Assembly (NCBI GenBank): GCA_039679675.1
Contig: JBDKUN010000033.1
Span: 160,001 to 224,000, forward strand
Reading direction: 5' to 3'
Source of the DNA: Armatimonadota bacterium
GTDB lineage: Bacteria > Armatimonadota > UBA5829 > DTLH01
DNA length: 64,000 nucleotides
The notes below the pieces were generated by a model that saw only the letters and a program-made list of their open reading frames with translations, was not told where the DNA came from and searched no databases. The translations under genes were made by a program, and so were the position numbers. Shown here piece by piece: positions 58,701-64,000 of this stretch (positions within the stretch are counted from its first letter, which is position 1; every line of letters begins with the position of its first letter).

Positions 58701-58937
58701 AATCTTGACGACCGGAATCCTGATCAGGTTATAGAAAAAATAGTTCCGAGATATGTAAAGAATGCGCAGGTAGCGTGGTTCAGCTCGCACAGGCACAACA
58801 AAGATGGTAAAAACATAACATACAGCTACTCGTATCTCTATACTTTCTATATTGATGCACCCAATGGCGCAAAAAGTCTGACACTCCCGAACAATACCGA
58901 TATTCATATAATGGCTATCTCGGCTTGTAAGGACTGA
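55758..58937 (+). CDS. Secreted GH38 alpha-mannosidase with C-terminal accessory domain
   Basis: Signal peptide; GYSHLDTQWRW, PDCFGFP, YGVGDTGG, QFHDILPGT, LRLTLL.TP. Confidence 0.93.
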   Translation: MKHLYILAALAAISWLATAVIASEVKLPKIDLSTGRTLYVVGYSHLDTQWRWNYVDTINVYIPHTLHDNFSLIERYPDYIFNFSGANRYRMIKEYYPSDYEKVKHYISVGRWFPCGSSMEECDVLAPSAESIIRQVLYGNHYFRKEFGVASNEFMIPDCFGFPASLPQLLSHCGVIGFSSQKLTWGSAVGIPFNVGLWEGLDGSSVIAAFNPGCYVSKVEKDLSKNEKWLERIEEDGKSSGVFADYSYYGVGDTGGAPQEDSVKWVETSVKSDGPVKVISSKADQMFMDIDGKENNLPKYKGDLLLTEHSAASITSQSYMKKLNRINEILGDSAERASVAASWLGGLPYQQKKLNDAWTLVMGGQFHDILPGTSVPKAYEYSWNDGILAINQFTNVLCQANDSISSGLDTSAEGKAVVVYNPLSVDREDVVKAMVKSFGPANTVKVVGPDGKVTPSQVIGHEGNDLTVIFIAKVPSVGFAVYDVRPSDAQNVDKNGLSVTEKSLENARYKVTLDENGDISSIYDKLAAREMISSPIRLAFIADDPREWPAWNIDWKDQSAAPRDYVAGPAKFRIVENGPVRVAVEVEREREGSKFVQTISLSCGSAGNRVEVSNSIDWRSKECILKSVFPLTVSNPMATYNWEVGTIERGNNDPKKYEVPSHQWFDLTDAKGDYGVTVLSPYKYGSDKPDDSTLRLTLLLTPGVKKEFCDQSTQDWGHHSIKYALVGHKNDWRSSQADWQALGFEQPLISFETESHPGKLGKSISFVRVSSPNVKVMAVKKAEDSDEIVVRVVETTGTPVKDVCVAFAGKVVSAREVNGQELPVGAAAVADGKLAADLKAYGIRTFAVKLGQPGYNIHKPACQSVDLPYDKCVTSRDGEKSNGGFDAGGICLAAEMLSDTVIDGTVTYKLQHISDGKPNSVTCKGQTIALPKGDFKKIAILAAGSDGDQPAVFDVDGRKTNLDIQDWGGYIGQWDNRVWKGNLDDRNPDQVIEKIVPRYVKNAQVAWFSSHRHNKDGKNITYSYSYLYTFYIDAPNGAKSLTLPNNTDIHIMAISACKD

Positions 58938-58949
58938 TAGAGATAATAA

Positions 58950-58981
58950 AAGGCAGAGCAGCTAAAAAGTTGCTCTGCCTT
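58950..58981 (+). terminator. Intrinsic terminator
   Basis: AAGGCAGAGCAGC-taaaaa-GTTGCTCTGCCTT directly after the stop codon. Confidence 0.8.
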
Positions 58982-59052
58982 GTTCCAAATAAAATTGGCC
59001 CCCTGTTCTTCCGGGATTCAATTATTGATTGCAACGAATAGCCCATATAAAA

Positions 59053-59103
59053 TGTAACCTCAGCTATTGATTATGCGTCTATACTTAATATATATTAAAT
59101 ATA
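59053..59103 (+). promoter_or_regulatory. ECF-like promoter abutting an AT-rich palindromic operator
   Basis: TGTAACC-N16-CGTCT (59053-59080); palindrome TATACTTAATATATATTAAATATA (59080-59103) with one mismatched pair. Confidence 0.55.
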
Positions 59104-59129
59104 TAGAGAAGTGATATGGAGATTTGTAG

Positions 59130-60707
59130 ATGAAGAGATGGTTGAGCATTGTACTGCCTGTGTTTCTGTTAGGATCGCTTGTTTCATGGCGGCTCGTACA
59201 GAAAAGAGCTCAAAATGCAGCTCAGTCACAGCAGATGGGCGCGAGGATGAAAGGCCCTGTGTCGGTTGCTCTCGGAAAAGTCGAGATTAAAGACCTTTCG
59301 AGCACCTTTGATGCCATGGGCTCGGTTGAAGCACCCATGAGCGTGAAAATTGCACCCAAAACCACCGGGCAAATAGAGTATCTTGATGTCCATGAAGGTG
59401 ACCGTGTGCGAAAAGGCCAGATTTTGGTGAAAATAAGCGCATCGGATGTGGAAGCACAGGTCCAGCAGGCAATGGCTGCTGTTGCTGAAGCCCGTTATAG
59501 GCTTGCTCAGGCACAGATGACCCAAAACCCTACTGATGTTTCGGTAAACACTCAGATAACACAGCAAAAATCAGCGCTCGCAAGCGCCGTTGCAGATTAT
59601 GAGCAGGCGCGGAAGTCCGCTGATGCACAGATTTCGGCTGCACAGGCCAACCTAAAAGATTCGGAATCAAAAATAGCCAATGCCAAGGCTGCAGTAAACA
59701 GTGCTCAAGCCAATGTAGACAATGCGCAGACGAAATTCGATAGAATTCAGAGCCTGTATGAAAAAGGCTATATTGCCGCGCAGGATGTAGACGATGCAAA
59801 AGCTGCTCTGACTGTGCAAAAATCAAATCTGGAAATCGCCAATGGGCAACTGAGGTCAACATTTCTTCAAAAAGATGCTGTCGCAGAGCAGCTCAACGTG
59901 ACGAAAGCAAAAGCAGCGTCCGACACAGCAGCAGCTAAAGCCAAACTCACACAGACGAAGGCTTCTTTGACATATGCTACAGCCAATACTTCGCAGAAGA
60001 GCGCATACCGGCAGAGCATCGCTGCTCTGAGAGCCTCCGTGGATGCTGCTGTGGCTGGATTAAGAAGCGCCCAATCGAAGCGGCAGGATACAGTGCTCAG
60101 GTCACCTCTGGACGGTTTTGTTACCGGGCGCTACGCCGACCCGGGTGCAATCGCGTCACCTACTCAGCCGGTTCTCGCGGTGCAGTTTACCAAGCAGATA
60201 TGGGTGTCCGTCTCTGTGCCGGAAGATGTCTGCGCGCGGATTCATATAGGCCAGCCGTCAAAACTCAGTTTTGATGCTTTTCCTGATAAGACATTCGAGG
60301 CAAGTGTGATTCAGATCAACCCGTCAGCCGATTCCATGAGCCGTCAATTCACTGTTCGCGTCATAATGGCCAATCCGAACAACAAGTTCAAGCCTGGAAT
60401 GTTCGCTCATGTCTCCATTGAGACTGACCACGTGCATAACGCAATCGTAGTGCCGCGAGAAGCCGTTCTGACAGACCGCGACGGCAAGTACTTGATGACT
60501 GTAGAGGCGGACAAGACGGCCAAGCGTATTCCTGTGACGCCGCAGGGTGGGGACGAAAGCTTCATCAATATAGGGAGTGCCCTGAAACCTGGCGACAGCG
60601 TAATAACTATGTCTTCGATGCCGGTTAAAGACGGCCAGATGGTCAAGACCGGATCGCCGCGCGGCAAGGGAGGTCATGGCGGATTTGAGAAGGCAGGCCG
60701 CAAATGA
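59130..60707 (+). CDS. RND efflux membrane fusion (periplasmic adaptor) protein with long coiled coil
   Basis: G.VEA...V.I.PK..G.I..L.V.EGDRV.KGQ.L; LRSPLDG.V; FKPGMFA; VVPREAV. Confidence 0.93.
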   Translation: MKRWLSIVLPVFLLGSLVSWRLVQKRAQNAAQSQQMGARMKGPVSVALGKVEIKDLSSTFDAMGSVEAPMSVKIAPKTTGQIEYLDVHEGDRVRKGQILVKISASDVEAQVQQAMAAVAEARYRLAQAQMTQNPTDVSVNTQITQQKSALASAVADYEQARKSADAQISAAQANLKDSESKIANAKAAVNSAQANVDNAQTKFDRIQSLYEKGYIAAQDVDDAKAALTVQKSNLEIANGQLRSTFLQKDAVAEQLNVTKAKAASDTAAAKAKLTQTKASLTYATANTSQKSAYRQSIAALRASVDAAVAGLRSAQSKRQDTVLRSPLDGFVTGRYADPGAIASPTQPVLAVQFTKQIWVSVSVPEDVCARIHIGQPSKLSFDAFPDKTFEASVIQINPSADSMSRQFTVRVIMANPNNKFKPGMFAHVSIETDHVHNAIVVPREAVLTDRDGKYLMTVEADKTAKRIPVTPQGGDESFINIGSALKPGDSVITMSSMPVKDGQMVKTGSPRGKGGHGGFEKAGRK

Positions 60708-63700
60708 ACATAGCGAAATTTGCAGTCAGCCGCCCGGTCGCTGTTGTGATGCAGATCGCAGCGCTGGTCCTTCTCGGCATCGTATGCTTGATGCGGCTTC
60801 CTGTAGACCTTTTGCCTGATGTTACGATGCCGATGGTCAGCGTGACCACACAGTGGCCGAACGTTGCGCCGGAAGAGATCGAAGCACAGATTACACGTCC
60901 TATCGAGCGTGCGGTTTCGTCAGTGCCGGGGATGAATCAGGTCACATCGAGCAGCGTTACGGGTTCTTCTCAGGTGCGGATCCAGTTCTGCTGGGGAGTA
61001 GATATAGGCCAGGCCGCAGTAGACGTTCTCCAGCAGGTCCAGCGCGCGCAGCGGTCATTCCCATCCGATCCGACCATACAGAACCCGACTGTAGTAAAGT
61101 CTGACCCCAACCAGATGCCGATTATCAATTACGCTGTGTCCGGTATGGATGATCCTGTAAAACTGCGCTCCCTAGTCGACAACCAGATCACACCAATGTT
61201 GGACTCAGTAGATGGTGTCGCGTCCGCGACGGTCACAGGCGGTCAACAAAGGGGCATCATAATAGATGTGGACCCGTATAAGCTCAGGGCGCACCAGTTG
61301 TCGCTTTCGGATATTACTAAACGAATCTCTCAGGAGAACGCCAACCTGCCTGCCGGTATCGCAAAAGAGAGCAATACCGAATACACTATCCGCAGTATTG
61401 GATGGTTCAAGAGCGTCAATGAGATTGGCCGGATTCCAATAAAGTCTTTCGATGGAGACCTGGTACATCTGAGCGATGTTGCCGGCGTCTGCGACTCGCA
61501 TTCAGAAACCAGGCTTTTTACACGCATCAATGGCAAGCCGTCCGTCGGTATTTCCATCACAAAACAGAGCGGTGCAAACACCATAAGCACAGCGGACGCT
61601 GTCTTTGCGCGGGTCAAACAGATCGAGAAGATTTACCCGAACCTGAAATTTGACCTCGCAAACGACCAGTCGCAGTTTATCAGGAACTCTGTCAATAACG
61701 TAAGGGACAGCGCCATCATCGGCGGAATCCTGGCGATACTCATACTCCTTTTCTTCCTGAGGAATATCCGAAGTACACTCGTTGTAGCGCTTTCGATCCC
61801 GATTTCGATCATTTCGACATTTGCGCTCATTTACATGTGCGGGTTTACCATAAACACCATGTCCCTTGGCGGGCTTGCGCTCGCTACGGGACTTATAGTC
61901 GATGATGCCGTTGTTGTGCTGGAGAATATATTCCGCCATATTGAGCGAGACAAGAAAAACGCAGCGGAGGCAGCTGTAAGTGGCACATCCGAGATAATAT
62001 CAGCCGTTGTGGCATCTACATGGACAGTAATGGTGGTCTTTCTGCCGCTCCTTCTCATTAAAGGCCAGGCCGGACAGATGTACACGCAGTTCGCGCTCGT
62101 TGTCATCTTCTCTCTCGCTGTCTCGCTTCTAGATGCTGTTACAGTTGTTCCGATGCTTGCGACGAAGCTGATTTCCGGTGAGGCGCACGCGGAGAACCTT
62201 GCGAATGCGTCAAATCATCCGAGTATCCTGATGCGGATGTTCCACCGCTGCGGAGAGTGGCTGAGTGAACTGGACGATGCCTACTCCAGAGGGCTTCGCT
62301 GGGCAATCCATCACAGGTTATGGACCGTATGCGGTGCAATGGGAGTTACAATCATCTGCCTGCTTCTGGCTACGCAGGTAGGTACTGAGCTTATGCCAAA
62401 AACCGATAACGGCACATTCAATGTAAGTGTCAAAATGCCGATTGGTACCGCACTTTCCCAGACCAATAAAGCAATGACCGCCATCGAGAAAATCGTCATG
62501 AAGAACCCAGATGTCGGCACTACGATGACAACAGTCGGTTCGGGTGGAAATTATAGAGCAGGCTCGGAGAGGCCTTACCAGGGCTCCGTATCAGTGAGAC
62601 TCAAGGACAACCGCCGAAAGTCTACCGATGACATCATCAAGAGTTTGCGCAAATCACTCGGAAGAATACCTGGCGTAAATGCCCGGCCATCGCAGAATGA
62701 TATTCTAACCCAGATGATGACCGGCGGTTCTCAGAATGTGGAAATCGACATCTTCGGAGACGATATGTCCACACTGTCCTCAATTGCAAAAGCAGTAATG
62801 GGCCGCTTAAGAGGTATCAATGGTCTTGAAAACCTTGATATCAACTGGCAGGAAGCAATGCCGGAGATTCAGTGGCACCTCGACCGGGATAAAGCCCAGC
62901 AGCTTGGCGTCAGTTTTTCGGATGTTGCAGATACCCTCAGCACAGCGACGAATGGCGACATTGCAAGCTATTACCAGGAAAATGGCTTCCAATATCCTAT
63001 AATCGTCCAGCTGCCTGAAGCTGATCGAAAAACTGTATCGAAGATGAGCGACATTATCGTGAAAGCTAATGCAAACTCACCCGATATAGTTCTAAGCCAG
63101 GTGGCTAGCCCGGAATACGGGATGGGACCAAGTGAAATCACCCGCATGGACCGAAAACGTTACGTGGCGGTAACCGGAATGCCGCAGGGGCGTTCATCCG
63201 GCGAAATCAGTGCCGACATAGAAAAGGCCATGAAAGGGATTGAGCTCCCGGCAGGATATTACTGGGACTGGGGAACCAACCAGAAGCAGACTGCGGATGA
63301 GTTCGGGGGAATGGCACTTGCCGTATTCCTGGCTATCGCACTTATTTACATGCTTTTAGCATCGCAGTTCGAGTCTTTCATACACCCGCTTACAATCCTG
63401 CTTTCCGTCCCGCTGGCAGGTGCCGGCGTAGTGCTCGGCCTGTTCCTCACAAACCGGTCATTCGGCTTGACTGCGTTTATCGGTGTATTGATGCTCGTCG
63501 GAATCGTCGTTAAAAACGGTATTCTGCTGGTCGACTATACGAACAAGCTGAGGGAGCGAGGGATCAAGCGGGAAGAGGCACTTATCACTGCAGGGCGGAC
63601 CAGGCTTCGTCCGATCCTTATGACCGCATCAGCGGCGATTCTTGGTATGCTTCCGCTCGCACTGGCACTTGGCGAGGGTTCTGAGGTCCAGGCTCCTATG

Positions 63701-63832
63701 GCTACAACGGTTATAGGCGGACTTTTGACTTCCACAGCGCTTACATTGTTTGTTGTGCCGGTCGTTTACTCGCTGTTGGATGATCTTGTGGGCAAACGGA
63801 AAGATAAGGAGCAATCAGATGCTGGACAGTGA
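60704..63832 (+). CDS. RND efflux permease (AcrB/AcrD/AcrF family)
   Basis: RPVAV, LPVDLLP, GLIVDDAVVVLENI, GIVVKNGILLVD, RLRPILMT, GGLLTST.LTL.VVP. Confidence 0.96.
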   Translation: MNIAKFAVSRPVAVVMQIAALVLLGIVCLMRLPVDLLPDVTMPMVSVTTQWPNVAPEEIEAQITRPIERAVSSVPGMNQVTSSSVTGSSQVRIQFCWGVDIGQAAVDVLQQVQRAQRSFPSDPTIQNPTVVKSDPNQMPIINYAVSGMDDPVKLRSLVDNQITPMLDSVDGVASATVTGGQQRGIIIDVDPYKLRAHQLSLSDITKRISQENANLPAGIAKESNTEYTIRSIGWFKSVNEIGRIPIKSFDGDLVHLSDVAGVCDSHSETRLFTRINGKPSVGISITKQSGANTISTADAVFARVKQIEKIYPNLKFDLANDQSQFIRNSVNNVRDSAIIGGILAILILLFFLRNIRSTLVVALSIPISIISTFALIYMCGFTINTMSLGGLALATGLIVDDAVVVLENIFRHIERDKKNAAEAAVSGTSEIISAVVASTWTVMVVFLPLLLIKGQAGQMYTQFALVVIFSLAVSLLDAVTVVPMLATKLISGEAHAENLANASNHPSILMRMFHRCGEWLSELDDAYSRGLRWAIHHRLWTVCGAMGVTIICLLLATQVGTELMPKTDNGTFNVSVKMPIGTALSQTNKAMTAIEKIVMKNPDVGTTMTTVGSGGNYRAGSERPYQGSVSVRLKDNRRKSTDDIIKSLRKSLGRIPGVNARPSQNDILTQMMTGGSQNVEIDIFGDDMSTLSSIAKAVMGRLRGINGLENLDINWQEAMPEIQWHLDRDKAQQLGVSFSDVADTLSTATNGDIASYYQENGFQYPIIVQLPEADRKTVSKMSDIIVKANANSPDIVLSQVASPEYGMGPSEITRMDRKRYVAVTGMPQGRSSGEISADIEKAMKGIELPAGYYWDWGTNQKQTADEFGGMALAVFLAIALIYMLLASQFESFIHPLTILLSVPLAGAGVVLGLFLTNRSFGLTAFIGVLMLVGIVVKNGILLVDYTNKLRERGIKREEALITAGRTRLRPILMTASAAILGMLPLALALGEGSEVQAPMATTVIGGLLTSTALTLFVVPVVYSLLDDLVGKRKDKEQSDAGQ

Positions 63833-64000
63833 CATATTGCAGCAGGCAAATGAGCTGGCATCGCTTATTTCCAGGCTCATACGCACATTGTATACGCTTG
63901 AAACAGGCGATATGGCTGGGGGGCTTCCGATAGCGCAGCTTCGGGCGTGCGGCGCTCTTCTGGAAAAGCCCAGGACGATCTCCTGTCTCAGTAAGGAACT
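63819..64000 (+). CDS. Probable MarR-family regulator, 3'-truncated by the window edge
   Basis: AAGGAG RBS then MLDSDILQQANELASLISRLIRTLY...LPIAQLRACGALLEKPRTISCLSKE, a MarR-like helix pattern; frame is open to the window end. Confidence 0.7.
   Translation, partial: MLDSDILQQANELASLISRLIRTLYTLETGDMAGGLPIAQLRACGALLEKPRTISCLSKE

Overview
Bacterial chromosomal window, about 50% GC by eye, dense in genes. Gene content suggests an anaerobic, sugar-degrading organism, possibly Armatimonadota-like (inference). I found no rRNA, tRNA, CRISPR array, transposase or prophage. From left to right: a 5'-truncated multi-GAF histidine kinase with a sigma54 activator lacking its HTH; a beta-helix carbohydrate enzyme; HEAT, M48 and CAP proteins; coaX-dusB followed by an acyl-ACP-reductase-like gene pair; a Clp1-type RNA kinase next to a histidine phosphatase; rmuC; two metallo-beta-lactamase-fold proteins; a UbiA-family phosphoribosyltransferase; and GH38/GH29 sugar catabolism genes. 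Next is a convergent glycosylation island flanked by sigma28-like promoters, which contains a 1932-aa radical SAM/multi-glycosyltransferase fusion. This is followed by the best candidate for an undescribed system (41.7-49.7 kb): two B12-dependent radical SAM enzymes, a SAM methyltransferase, a U32-family Fe-S protein, a coiled-coil membrane protein, an SRPBCC cyclase and an atypical FabF-like ketosynthase. I infer it makes an aromatic polyketide lipid (alkylresorcinol/quinone-like) that is hydroxylated and methylated without O2. The window ends with an E. coli frw-like PTS cluster (yijO-frwC-frwB-ptsA) tied to a secreted GH38 mannosidase, and an RND efflux operon with a partial MarR gene. Several small palindromic repeat families sit in intergenic regions. 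All annotations come from reading motifs by eye; no database searches were run.
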